From NCBI GenBank assembly GCA_977020255.1, contig CDROCS010005497.1, forward strand, positions 62,001-126,000: a stretch of 64,000 nt of DNA. Direction: 5' to 3'. A program made the translations under genes and the position numbers. The notes under the pieces are model-generated. The model was not told where the DNA came from. It saw only the letters and a program-made list of their open reading frames with translations, and made no database searches. Every line of letters begins with the position of its first letter. Positions within the stretch are counted from its first letter, which is position 1. Below are positions 31,261-43,231 of this stretch, piece by piece. Origin of the DNA: Obrimoposthia wandeli. Lineage: Eukaryota.

Positions 31261-31899
31261 ATGTTAACCGTAGAAACAGCCAAACAACTATGTATACTTG
31301 CCCACGAAGGCCAGTTCCGTAAAGGACCAATAGCCTTACCTGAGAGCTATATTGACGAATGGAATACCTTAATGCAGACAGTAGACATTCAATCAGATGA
31401 GGATATCGAAGAATTTCATGTGCTTTCAGATGGTAGTAAGGCCTACTACGATTATTACAATAATAAAAAGCTTGTAATGTTATTACCTTATCATACACAC
31501 CCAATCGCAGTAGCAAATCTACTAGAAACAGATGATGAGAGAATTGTAGGTTACTTACATGATGTATGTGAAGATTGTGATGGTTGGGGATTAGGTAGAG
31601 TCATGGATAACTCTAGATTTTGGGTAAAAGACAGAAATACCTATACAGAATACCCTATAACAGCTATAATATACTGGGCACTTATGCTACTAACACATAA
31701 CAAAGATATACCGTACACTAAGTACATTACAAGCCTTACTCAATGTAAAGAAGTACCTGAACTTATACAAAAAGAAGTAAAAACTCTGGTACTTAAAGTA
31801 AAACTAGCTGATATGTTCCACAACATGTCCTACAATCCCTCAGATAAACAAAAGGAAAAGTATATGCGAGCACTTAACACTTTACTGGTAGTCCTATGA
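31261..31899 (+). CDS. HD-domain (p)ppGpp hydrolase-like protein (SpoT/Mesh1 family)
   Basis: AHEGQFRK, PYHTHPIAVA, LHDVCED, VKLADMFHN. Confidence 0.75.
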   Translation: MLTVETAKQLCILAHEGQFRKGPIALPESYIDEWNTLMQTVDIQSDEDIEEFHVLSDGSKAYYDYYNNKKLVMLLPYHTHPIAVANLLETDDERIVGYLHDVCEDCDGWGLGRVMDNSRFWVKDRNTYTEYPITAIIYWALMLLTHNKDIPYTKYITSLTQCKEVPELIQKEVKTLVLKVKLADMFHNMSYNPSDKQKEKYMRALNTLLVVL

Positions 31900-32126
31900 T
31901 AAATTTAAAAGTAAACTCAAAAGAAACTCAACTAGGACAACCTGTTCCAGATCCTATCAGCTCTATCGAATTTAACTTCCACCCAAACATACAAGTACCT
32001 AAAGGTCAAGCCTTACCAATCAGCAACTACATCTACACCTTAGTTCAACGATGTACTAACGACTACATAATGGTAAACAAAACACTTATACTAAAAACAG
32101 ACATTAAACAATTTAAAGGATAAACA

Positions 32127-33512
32127 ATGGAAGACTACGAAAACAAGGTCAAAAGAGGCTTAGCAAAAGCCACTAGCATCGGAAAGAAGACAATTATTTG
32201 GGGTATTGCTGCATTTGCTACAATCGTAACAATCTCAGCATCTATGCACTATGTAGACTCAGGTGAAACAGTTAGATTTCAAAACAATTTCTCAGGTGAA
32301 CACGAATGGGTACAAAAAGAAGGTTACCAATTCAATATCCCTTTCACATACCAAGTTCAAACATACAACTCAGTATCAACAATTGCTGTAACAGATGATG
32401 ACAAACTATTAGACACAGCATCAGCTACAAGAGGCCCATTAGCAGTAACTTTCGCAGATAACTACGGTGGATCATTAGAAGCAGGCTTCAGAGTTAAACT
32501 TAGTACAGCTGACGCCCAATTAGAAGCTATGCACCAAGACATAAAAGGTCAAACAAACTTAGAAGGTAATACATTATTACCATTCGCCAAAGACATGTTA
32601 AACCTGACAACAGATCAATTCTTAGCACAAGATTTCATGCAAGGTGGTAAGGGAGCTTTTAAACAGAGACTTCAAGACCAATCTGACAACGGAATGTTTG
32701 TAACTAAAAGAGAAAAAGTTGAGGTAGAAGACGAATCTGCAAGCCAGTCAAAAAGCTCAGACAGATCACAAGCATCTACATCTAAACAATTTCAATACAA
32801 AGTTATCGTACAGACAGGCTCTGACGGTAAGCCATTAAGAAGACCTCACTCATTAACTAAGTATGGAATCACAATTACTCAAGTAGACCTTGGGGAGTTT
32901 GAGCCAGCAAACGATTTAGTATCTTACATCACAACTATCAAGAATAGAGAGAAAGCTAGAGCAGACGCTATTGCCTCTCAAAGATTCAAAAGACAGGAAA
33001 ACATCAACGTTCAGTTAGATGGGGATAGAGAAAGAATTCTTGCTAAAAACAAAGCCTTAAGAGACAAAGAACAACAAGAAATTGAGGCTGAAAAAAGAGT
33101 ATCATTAGCTAAATTAGACGCCTTAAAAGAAATTGTTCAACAAGAAAAGTTAGCAGACCTTGCAATCATTGACAAGAAAAAAGAATTACAAATGTCTAAA
33201 GACAATGAAGGTATTCAACAAGCCAACGAAAGAGCCGCTAAATATGAAGCACAAGCAAAACTACACAATGGTTTAGCAGATGCAAAGATTATTGCAGCAA
33301 AATACAAAGCATACGACAAAGACTTATACTCTATGGAAATTCAAAGAGATACAATCGCTATTGCATCTAATAACTTTAGAGAAACTACAGTTAATATGCC
33401 TCATATCAACATTGCAGGTGGAAATGGAGCTTCATCATCAAACTCTATTGACACATACATGCAAGCAGTCGGAATCGACAAATTAGAAGCAATCGCTAAA
33501 AAAATTAAGTAA
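32127..33512 (+). CDS. SPFH/Band 7 domain membrane protein
   Basis: N-terminal TM, SPFH-like core, coiled-coil tail. Confidence 0.7.
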   Translation: MEDYENKVKRGLAKATSIGKKTIIWGIAAFATIVTISASMHYVDSGETVRFQNNFSGEHEWVQKEGYQFNIPFTYQVQTYNSVSTIAVTDDDKLLDTASATRGPLAVTFADNYGGSLEAGFRVKLSTADAQLEAMHQDIKGQTNLEGNTLLPFAKDMLNLTTDQFLAQDFMQGGKGAFKQRLQDQSDNGMFVTKREKVEVEDESASQSKSSDRSQASTSKQFQYKVIVQTGSDGKPLRRPHSLTKYGITITQVDLGEFEPANDLVSYITTIKNREKARADAIASQRFKRQENINVQLDGDRERILAKNKALRDKEQQEIEAEKRVSLAKLDALKEIVQQEKLADLAIIDKKKELQMSKDNEGIQQANERAAKYEAQAKLHNGLADAKIIAAKYKAYDKDLYSMEIQRDTIAIASNNFRETTVNMPHINIAGGNGASSSNSIDTYMQAVGIDKLEAIAKKIK

Positions 33513-33549
33513 GGTTAACCCCTTGCTCAACTAACTTAAAGGACACACC

Positions 33550-34284
33550 ATGTACACTAATGAAGACATTACTAAAGTACTTAAAAACTACGTTGACGCT
33601 ATTGAAGCTCAAGGCCATAAAGTATACGCTATCATGCTTAAAGGCTCTCAGAACTATAATCTATCAGATTCTGAATCAGATATAGATGCTAACGCAATTC
33701 TTATCCCAAAGCTAAGCGAGATACGTAACCCTAAATCTGAGAAATTCATCTTCACTGAAGGTGAAGTAACTTGCCATAACATCTACTCATTTGCTGAGAT
33801 AGTTGCCAAAGGTAATCCTCAATGGGTTGAAGTATGTAATACTACGTACAAACTAGGCCACAGCTTAGAAATGTTCAAGCACTTCAACATAAACCCTTCA
33901 GCACTAAAGGGAATGGTTATGGAGAAAGTCAACGCCTTTGATAAACTATACCCATCCCGGGCTGCGATAGTAAAAAGATTTGGTTATGATCCTAAACAGT
34001 TACACCACATCATAAGACTATACCATCTACTAGAGAAAGATACAAATATGTACTCTTATACAGGCAAACAGCAAGAGTGGATGATGAAAATCAAAAGAGG
34101 TACTCTATTAACTAAAGAGCAAGCTTTTACTCTACGAGACGAGTACATAGATCGTTTAGACCATATCTATCCAAAACATAAAGCTGCCTATAAGCCTCAA
34201 CAAGTAGACTTCCACGCTATAGATGACATAGTATTAGACTATTTAATAAATCCTCAACGATCAATAACAAACAAGGAAAAATAA
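33550..34284 (+). CDS. Nucleotidyltransferase (DNA pol beta superfamily)
   Basis: GSQNYNLSDSESDID (GS...DxD) motif. Confidence 0.75.
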   Translation: MYTNEDITKVLKNYVDAIEAQGHKVYAIMLKGSQNYNLSDSESDIDANAILIPKLSEIRNPKSEKFIFTEGEVTCHNIYSFAEIVAKGNPQWVEVCNTTYKLGHSLEMFKHFNINPSALKGMVMEKVNAFDKLYPSRAAIVKRFGYDPKQLHHIIRLYHLLEKDTNMYSYTGKQQEWMMKIKRGTLLTKEQAFTLRDEYIDRLDHIYPKHKAAYKPQQVDFHAIDDIVLDYLINPQRSITNKEK

Positions 34285-34864
34285 TGAAATGTATATTAGC
34301 TCCGGAGTTCAAGAAAGGCTTAGTATCAATAGGTAAGTTCTTCCTTTTTCTGTTCATACTACTACCAATAGCACTTTTACTTCTAGGAGCAATCTTATTT
34401 CTTATGGGGTATGCAACATACCATCTATTACCCTACGGTGTCTCTGATTTCTTCCTTCAAGACCACAAAGCTTATGCAAGTTTAGAAGACATTATGCTTC
34501 ATATAGGTCTAGGACAGCTATTAGCTATCATTGTCTTTACGATAGTATTTGGAGTAAGTCACATAGTTTACACAGAAAGTAAAGAATCAATAAGACAAAA
34601 ACACAATTACAATCTATATAGATTCGAAGACGTAGAATATCCTATTTGGAGAACTCTACTAAGTTACATAATTGTATGCTCTCCACCTCCCAAGGACAAG
34701 TAATGAAAAAATGGATAATAATCTATAGATTTGGTTACTCAGATACAGACTCACAAATTATAGAATTTAACGGGAAGCCTACTAAAAAAGATGCTGCAAG
34801 TCTATTAGACATGGAACCTGAAAAGATTCTATACATCAAGAAGAAAAAGAAAAAGGACAAATAA
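34284..34864 (+). other. Membrane protein (34284-34703) and small basic ORF (34703-34864)
   Basis: ORFs with overlapping stop/start codons. Confidence 0.55.
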
Positions 34865-36003
34865 TGAGAAAATTACCAACCAGAGCTGAATGTCAAGCAA
34901 TAGTCGCTGCTGGTGATACATTCTTCTGTCAAGAAACAGTAGTCAACAGCTTCAAAGTAGAGCTATACTCATACCGTTTAGCAAACTACTCAGCTTTCAA
35001 TGACTTAAACGCCTACGAACTTCGAGGACTAACATTCGTCTACGATCCATCAACTAACGAGTGGAACAGGCATATCCTCCTAGACAAGTTCTTCAACTAC
35101 GCCCAAACAATCGGTTGGATGCCTGAAGACTTAGACCACAAAACAGTAGTCCGTACTCAAGACAAACTAGATGGTTCAGTTATCTCATTCGTTCTATTCC
35201 CAGACGGAACAATCAAAGCCAAATCAAAAATGTCATTCATATCTGAACAAGCAATCCTTGCTCAATCAATATATGACTCAAACCTTAACATCCAAAACGC
35301 AGTAGCTAGAGCAATCTTCAACGACGATACTCTAATCTTCGAGCTATGTAGTCCACTTAACCCAATCGTAGTAGACTACCAAGAAACAGACTTAATCCTA
35401 CTTCAAGTTCGAGACAATACTACAGGAGACTATGCCCTCAGCCTTGAGCCATACAGCACCTTCTACGGTCTTAAAATAGCTTCAACCTCTAAGTTATTGC
35501 TGCCAGAACTTCTTGCTTTAAAGCCCACTCTAAAGACCAACATAGAAGGCTGGGTTGTAACATTCTCAGACGGACAAATGGCCAAAGTTAAGACAGACCA
35601 CTACCTTTCTCTCCACGGCTTAATAGGCCCTGATGCCTTCAGAGAAAACCTACTAATTGCAACCATCATCAATGATTCCATCGACGATGTAATAGCAGCT
35701 CTGCCTGAAGGACAAAAGAAAACCAGAATAGTAGAGCTAACAACCAAAGTACAGCACAAATTCAACTTCCTAGTAGTTGACTTCAAAACTCTACGATATG
35801 CCTACTTCAATGTGTTCCATGAAGACCGAAAAGCTTTTGCAATAAGATATTCAAAAGCATCACCAGTATTCGGCCCAGTAATGAACACCCTGAATACTTC
35901 ATTTAGAGACGTTGAAGAAACTGCCTCCAAGGCAATCAAAGCTCTAATATTAAAACAAACAAACTCACTCTCAGATGCAAAAGAGTGGTTAAACAGGTTA
36001 TAA
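34864..36003 (+). CDS. RNA ligase 1 (T4 Rnl1-like)
   Basis: KLDGS adenylation motif, LIFEL, EGWVV, KVK. Confidence 0.85.
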   Translation: MRKLPTRAECQAIVAAGDTFFCQETVVNSFKVELYSYRLANYSAFNDLNAYELRGLTFVYDPSTNEWNRHILLDKFFNYAQTIGWMPEDLDHKTVVRTQDKLDGSVISFVLFPDGTIKAKSKMSFISEQAILAQSIYDSNLNIQNAVARAIFNDDTLIFELCSPLNPIVVDYQETDLILLQVRDNTTGDYALSLEPYSTFYGLKIASTSKLLLPELLALKPTLKTNIEGWVVTFSDGQMAKVKTDHYLSLHGLIGPDAFRENLLIATIINDSIDDVIAALPEGQKKTRIVELTTKVQHKFNFLVVDFKTLRYAYFNVFHEDRKAFAIRYSKASPVFGPVMNTLNTSFRDVEETASKAIKALILKQTNSLSDAKEWLNRL

Positions 36004-36039
36004 GATTTCTTATAGCCTTATAATAAATAAAGGATACTA

Positions 36040-37113
36040 ATGATAAGAGATAAGTTAATTATATGGTTCATCAATAACTGCCCAGAACACTACAAAGCAA
36101 TGATGTCCTCTAGGCACTACGTTTACCCTCTACTACCAAATCCTTTCCACGCAGAAGGTTCAGTTTGGACTCACACTATGATGGTTATGACTTACATTAT
36201 GGCCACAGGCATCGAAGATGATTACGAACGTAGAATCCTTCTAACAGCAGGCCTTCTTCACGACATCGGAAAACCTGAAGCTGAAGAACTAGTAGACGCT
36301 TCAACAACTAAGCCTATCCGTAACTCTTTCAAAGGCCACGAAGGCTTATCAACATTCTACTCAATAGGAATCCTTCAAAACCTAGTGAGAGACTTTCCGG
36401 AATGGTACTCAGAAAATGATAGTAAACTAATACTAACGCTAATCTCAACTCATGGCTTAGCCTTAGACCGAGGAAACTCCTTACTAGCTCGTTTAAGAAA
36501 AGAATTCAGAATAGCTGATAAACGTGGAGCAGTTAGAGCAGTTGATGAAAAACTCTTCTCTCAATACCAACCAAGAAAATATGCTAAACACTCACCAGAC
36601 GAAAACAAACACCTAGTTGTCTTAGTAGGCCTACCAAACGCAGGCAAGTCAACTCTAAGAAGCAAAGAGTACTCTGATTACCACTGTATTTCACGTGACG
36701 ATCTTATGATGGAATACTATGGAACAACAAACGGATACTGCTGGACTTACTCACATGTATACGCAGAAATACACAAAACACCAGAAGCCAAATCCTTATT
36801 TGAAAACTACTGGAACAAAGCCTTAAACGAGGCTAGAAAACATAATAAAATAATTATAGATATGACTATGCTGTCACTATCTAGTCGAAGACGAATGCTA
36901 CAACACTTTAACACTCATACACCAGTAGCAGTAGTTATATTACCAAACTTAGATGTGCTGTCTCAGAGAGAAGCTGCTAGAGCAAAAAAAGGTAAAACTA
37001 TCCCCCAATACGTCTACCAAAATATGATGAAATCTTTCGTAATGCCTATCAAGGAAGAAGGTTTCCAAAATATAACAATCAACTTACCAGGAAACAACTA
37101 TGAAATTAAATAA
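36040..37113 (+). CDS. HD-domain plus P-loop polynucleotide kinase-like protein
   Basis: HAEGSVWTHT, LLHDIGK, GLPNAGKST Walker A, IIIDMT. Confidence 0.8.
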   Translation: MIRDKLIIWFINNCPEHYKAMMSSRHYVYPLLPNPFHAEGSVWTHTMMVMTYIMATGIEDDYERRILLTAGLLHDIGKPEAEELVDASTTKPIRNSFKGHEGLSTFYSIGILQNLVRDFPEWYSENDSKLILTLISTHGLALDRGNSLLARLRKEFRIADKRGAVRAVDEKLFSQYQPRKYAKHSPDENKHLVVLVGLPNAGKSTLRSKEYSDYHCISRDDLMMEYYGTTNGYCWTYSHVYAEIHKTPEAKSLFENYWNKALNEARKHNKIIIDMTMLSLSSRRRMLQHFNTHTPVAVVILPNLDVLSQREAARAKKGKTIPQYVYQNMMKSFVMPIKEEGFQNITINLPGNNYEIK

Positions 37114-37619
37114 TAAAAAAGCAATCAAGCTTATGAAAAAATTAAAAAAACAAATGAACAGCTTATATAAACAAGCTATCGAAGACATCACTACTGAAGA
37201 TCCAGATAACATTGCACTATTCTTCAACTTACTTCCAGACAAGCACCCAGACATAACTAAAAAAGTTTCAATCATTGAACAAGAAATCTCAGACTTATTA
37301 GACTCTGCAGCTCAAGACAATGGCTAAAACATTAAAGTACTTATTAATCTTAGTAATTGTAGCTTATGCAGCCTTATATAATCAACTACTATACTTACTA
37401 GCACTAATCCCAGTAGTTATCCAATTCATTACTGTATCTTGGGCTAAACAAGAAGTACGGAATACGCCTCTAAAGTTAAAATTAGAGAAAAGTAACCAAC
37501 TAGAGAACAATGGTTTTATTATAACTATTTTTACCATTTCAAGACTAACACTTCTAGCTACGGGGGGATACATTGCCTACTTATTTATTCAGCCTTACAT
37601 CGGAATGATGGCACAGTAA
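37100..37619 (+). other. Two small hypothetical genes (37100-37327, 37320-37619)
   Basis: Overlapping operon ORFs. Confidence 0.55.
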
Positions 37620-37746
37620 TGTATGCTATACGAGAAAAGATCCACGATCTAACAAGCATCATCGAAGAAGCCTACTCATTAGGTCTTCCTCGAGCAATGA
37701 CAGCTCATCAACGAGCCAAACGAAACCAATTAAGAAAGGAATTAAG

Positions 37747-38055
37747 ATGTCAAACATCACTGAACTTAAAGACAAAGAACCATTAAAGCCAGGACTATCA
37801 GTAATGGACTTCTGGGCTCCCTGGTGTGGACCTTGTATAGTGATTAAACCAATCATCGCTGAATTAGCAGACGACTTCGCTGGTAAAGCAAATATCTACA
37901 CAGTAAACACAGACGAAGAACAAAGCATCGCTGTTGAATATGGAATTAGATCAATCCCTACAGTACTATTCATCAAAGATGGAAAAATAATAGACCAAAT
38001 GGTTGGAGCTAACTCTAAACAAGACTACGTTGACAAAATCAACGAAATACTATAA
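37747..38055 (+). CDS. trxA: Thioredoxin
   Basis: DFWAPWCGPC active site, GIRSIPT. Confidence 0.95.
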   Translation: MSNITELKDKEPLKPGLSVMDFWAPWCGPCIVIKPIIAELADDFAGKANIYTVNTDEEQSIAVEYGIRSIPTVLFIKDGKIIDQMVGANSKQDYVDKINEIL

Positions 38056-38356
38056 TGGCTACTCTGCAAGACGTAAAGTACTTCAACGATTCCTTATATG
38101 TAGAAGGTTCTGATGAATCAACTACAGTTGACATTATGGAACGTAAAGATTACCTTTTAGTTGAACCAGATGGAACAGTAACCAAATCAGACTCAAGAGA
38201 ATTTGACACAAAACTTACAGCTCTTTTTGGCACTACTGAGAGAGGTTATCCTCAATATGACCCAGACGAGTATGAAATACATTCTTTTATTCAAAACATA
38301 GACTGGAAACTCTACATCCCATTAAACATCAAAGAATTACTCGACTAGGAACTCCA

Positions 38357-38806
38357 ATGCAAGTACACAGAAATGCTAACTGCACAAAACCCTATTACAA
38401 GCTCAAAGCCTCAACCGAGAGCAAACTTCCTCCGAAGTATCTCTACCACCGAGCATACTTCCTAGACTTAGCAACTCCAATTCGAGTCCTTTGCAAGTCC
38501 CACGGCTTCTTTAACATAACTCCAGCAGACCTAATAGATAGAGGCGAATGCCCCTCATGTAAGGCTACTAGAGACCAAAAAGAGAAGTTCATCTATAAAG
38601 GAATTACCTATAGTAAATATAGCTTCCTCATCGCTGTACGGGCCCTCAATGGCCATAAGTATGAATACCACCTTAACGCCTTCCGAGACTTCACTCGCAA
38701 GATGAAAGTATTCTGCCCAATACACAGATACTTCGACGCAACACCTCATCACCACCTCTCAGCTAAAGCACTCTGCCCCCACTGTAGAGGAACAAGGAAG
38801 GTTTAA
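38357..38806 (+). CDS. Zinc-ribbon repeat protein related to the N-terminus of the intron endonuclease
   Basis: CKSHGFF...CPSC and CPIHRYF...CPHC repeats. Confidence 0.55.
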   Translation: MQVHRNANCTKPYYKLKASTESKLPPKYLYHRAYFLDLATPIRVLCKSHGFFNITPADLIDRGECPSCKATRDQKEKFIYKGITYSKYSFLIAVRALNGHKYEYHLNAFRDFTRKMKVFCPIHRYFDATPHHHLSAKALCPHCRGTRKV

Positions 38807-38829
38807 TCCTTCCCAGTTAAAGGAAACCT

Positions 38830-41800
38830 ATGGACATGTACACTCAACAAAAGCTAGCAACTACAGATGCACTAGCAACTATAAATGCACTAGCAACCTT
38901 AACAGCCGCAGGAATAGACCTAGAAGGTATTCATCCCTTACTATCAGACTATATTCATACAATACAAACAGATCAAATTAAAGGAAACATTATGTCAATA
39001 GACTCCGGATATACAGCAATAACAGTAGAAGAAGAAATTACAGTCGAAACATCAGGCTCAATTGATGAATTACTTGCTGAGTATAACTCATATAGAATCT
39101 CAGATGCAGATGCATCAGCTACAACAGCCAAAGCCTACACTATTGGAGGCCTAAAAGATCTTAACTCAATGATTGCTGAAGCAGTTATAAAAGTTAATAA
39201 CTACGTAGCTGAAGATCAAAACCCTTCCGCATTAACAGGTGCTAAAAACAAAATGCTAGCAATCGTAGATCCAAATAATAAATGGTTAGCAAAATGGTCA
39301 CACAAAGCTTCAGACGAAGCTACGAAAGTAGACATTCAAGCTAAAAACGTAGACCAAGTTATCCAAGACATCAAAGCTACAATGACTAAGAAACGGGATG
39401 AAGTAGAAGCTGCTGCATACAGAGCCTTCGACGACAAAGAAAGACTTACTAATAACTTAAAAGTCTATAGTAAAATCAAGAAAAAAGCAGAAGCCTATCT
39501 AGAAACTATTACACCAAATACAAAAGAAGAGTTCACTACTAAAAGACTAATCGGAATGGTCTATGGTACGTTAACAACTTTAGATAGCTCAATTAAAGAT
39601 ATTCAAACTTTAGTTACAAACGCTGCAATTCTAGTACAAGATATCAACAATGACTTGCCAACTATTGAGGCAAAGCTTCAAGATAGACTAGGAATTAAAG
39701 GCTTTCAGCAGGACGTATCAGACTTACTAAACATGAAAAATGCAGTAGTAGAGATGGTAAACACAGTTGATGATATAACTACAACTTCAATTCAAAATAC
39801 AGCTGTTGAGACTATGGAACTATTAGCTAACACTGGAGTAGATATAAAAAGACTTGAAGCTAAAGAAGCTAGAGACAAAATCTACAACGCTAAAATGGCT
39901 AAAGCAATTCAAAAAGTTAAAAAAGCTTCAGACGAACAATTTAACCACGTTCAAAGATTAGCTTTAGAACGTAAAGCAACAACAGATACAGATACAGTAG
40001 CTTTCATCGAAAACTACTCTAAAGGATACAGCAGTGAAAACACAGGCCCTAGATAAAAAACTAACTCCTGACGACATCAGCATAACAACAGACTCTGGAA
40101 TATTCTTCTACTCATTCATTTCTTGCATAACTCCAACAGGTATTTACTACAATAATAATTTTATGGAAGCAAACAAAGACACTTTAGTAAAGATAACAGC
40201 AGGTAAATTTCAATACGAAATGCTTAAACTAAGTACTTCACAAGAAGATATCCAAAAGCTAATTGACAACGCTGTAGATGAGCCAATCCAAGCCTACATC
40301 GACAATAAACTAAGCTCAGCCTTATCAGACACAAACTCTAAACTCCATGTAGTACTGAGCACTCTTGAAGACTCTTCTAAAGAAATCCACCAAACTACAG
40401 CTAGAGTTTATCAAGTTGAGACAAACCTAAGCACCTCCCACGACAGAATCAACAAAGCTTATGAACACCTTACAAACAGCGTAACAAAATACGACTGGAG
40501 TTCTCTAGATAATATCAGAGCTAAGTATAATGTAGCTATATCAGAATTTCAAAGTATAACAGCAGAACTTAAAAAACTATTTAGATAGGAATCCCTATGT
40601 TTAATCTATTTAAAGCAAAAGAAGAGAAACTAGCACATAAACTATGTGCCCATTATGCAGAAGTCTTAGCCAAACAACGAAAACTTACCAACGATGATCC
40701 TCTTTATACTTTAAAGCGCGACAAACTCATCAACGATAAACTTGATATCATAGATACATTCTCTGTCCTACGTGATTCCTACGCTTCCCAAGGTTATAAG
40801 ATAACATCTCCAAAGGACTTCAGACTTTTACGCCTAGAAGGTATGCCAGGCAAAGTTTTCCAAGCTAAAGAAGAAGTAATAAACAATTACTACAATCAAT
40901 TTGTGTACATTGTATATGTTACACCTGACGCCATAACTAACTTAAATACTCAAGTACAGTACACTCACAAACCATTAGCTGACTATATCAATAACGCTAT
41001 GGGATACCAGCATAACCAAGACCAACAAGCTATTGCAGATGCGCTTCAAGAAAAATACATCACAAATGTTGGTTACTATTATGATAGTGATGCAATGGCA
41101 GTTCTTAAGCTTCTAATCAATGGTTTAAACTCTTGTGTAAACAGAGATAAGTTCTTGTTAGATACTAGCACAACAGACTACTACTCAAATGCAGACATAT
41201 TCAATCCCTATGGTTGCTCAATTATACAAGACTTTGCAGAAAAGAATTGTATAGACATTCACTTAAAATTAAAAGGATAATCATGATAACTTACTTATCA
41301 GAAATAAACTATAAGAACCTTACAATTAATATAGCACATCTTTGCTTTATTATTGTGCTTATGATAGGAACTTGGTTGGCTATACAAGCTGCCCCAGCCT
41401 CACTAGCGTTCTCCGCAATCAGTCTCGATTTCATTATCGCCATTATAACAATTGTATTAGCAGTTTTTGGGCAATACACATTACCTCAAAAGGACTAACA
41501 TGAACCTAGAAAAATTACTTAAAAAAGTAGGAAAAGAACTTGATGATGGAATTAATTCACTTGACACCTCTTTGGAGACTGTTAAAGCTAAAGTTACAGA
41601 CAAGTATAATACTGTTAAAGCAGAAATTGAATTAGCTACAGAACTAAGAAAAACTGAAAACGAACCAACTTACAAATTAGTTCAAGCTGGATGTCCAGAT
41701 ATCCATAGGAACTTAACATTAGATCAAATATTTGGCTTACTAGCTCAAGTTGGTGTTGAAATCTCAGAGGAGAGCTAATGGAAAATATATATAGATTTAT

Positions 41801-43229
41801 TTCTATAGTTTCTTCATTTGCTCTAATATATATTCTCTTCACTGTAACCCCTACAACACTTATGGAAGAGATACACCACGGAGTTAACACTGTAGGACTA
41901 TTAGTTGCTTTACTAGGAACTACAATATTAGCTAACCAACACTCACAAGGATTAAATAAATGAAAAAAATCATCTTAATATTAGTAGCCTTAGCACTATA
42001 CGCTAACGCAGGATTATTCACAACAGCCGCAACTTGGAATGATTTAGAAGTAGAACCAGATACTCGTTACACACTAAACTTAGCAGGTCTAAACTCAAGA
42101 CATTACGTCTATACAGTGCCAAACTCAAAACCAACTATGCAGTGTGAAATCGTATTCTCAGAATCACAATACAAAGCCCCAGTAAAGAACTGCTGGAAAA
42201 AAGGACAATAACATGAGCTTACTACTAAGACAAGCCTGTGAGGATTCACTACAAAAAGCCAACTTAGGAATGCTTCATGTCTCATTGATGCATAAGACTC
42301 TACAACTAGTTGGAGAATGTGGACAACCAGTCTGTCAGATAAGAGGTATTCAATTTGCAACAGTAAGACTACCTAAGTCTGAAATTACATACGCTGCTGA
42401 ACTATTTGAAAAATTCCTTGCAAAGCACAAAGAGAGGATTCATTCATACGTAACTGCTCAAAGAGCCTTAAAAGCTATGACTGAGCCTAAAGTTCCAGCC
42501 AACATGATAAGTTCTGGCTACCATGCAAACTCCCAATTAACTTTACGAGACGATATAGTACCAGCTAAGGTTGGAGTTATCAGGTACAGAACAAAAGGTG
42601 CTATCATGCTTAACCTAAACATTACAAATGTTATTAAGTTAAGAGAATACACAAAACTTGCAGTAGCTTACCAAAAGAAAGCTATTAAGTACTTTACTGA
42701 CTCCGCAGCTTATACTGATAAATCATTAGAAGTAAACTTAATTAGACAAACACTAGGAAAGTGTGACATCTAGACTATCCTCTTCGGAGGATAAACCAAA
42801 TACAAAGGAATAATAATGAAAATAGGAATACAGTTTAATTCTTATGACGGAAAAGGTGGTAAGCTCAAGACAGAATATCGTCTAGGCTACTTACAAACCT
42901 CTGCAGATATGAAGTCAGGGAGCTTATTTTGTGAAGCTTGCCACCACTTTCCAGACGAAAACCCAAAAATTGACATACACTTTATTTTAAAGGCCTTCAG
43001 AGTACATGATACATCTTTTAGTTTATCCGGCATTAATAAAGAAGGCTATGGTAAATTAGATATTGTCTTTGATGAAAAAGGACTAATCACTAACCTAGCT
43101 TATGAGACACAGGAAGTCCAAAGACTTAAGAAAATATTTAAAGAAACACCTTCCTTTTATAGAAATACTTATGGGGACATTAGTAATGTAAAGACTACAG
43201 CCCGAAAAAATAAAAATACAAAGGAATAA
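38830..43229 (+). other. Hypothetical genes (38055-38348 upstream; 38830-40056 coiled-coil, 40034-40588, 40597-41280, 41214-41498, 41467-41778, 41778-41963, 41960-42211, 42213-42773, 42816-43229)
   Basis: Tightly packed co-oriented ORFs with RBS. Confidence 0.6.
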
Positions 43230-43231
43230 CA

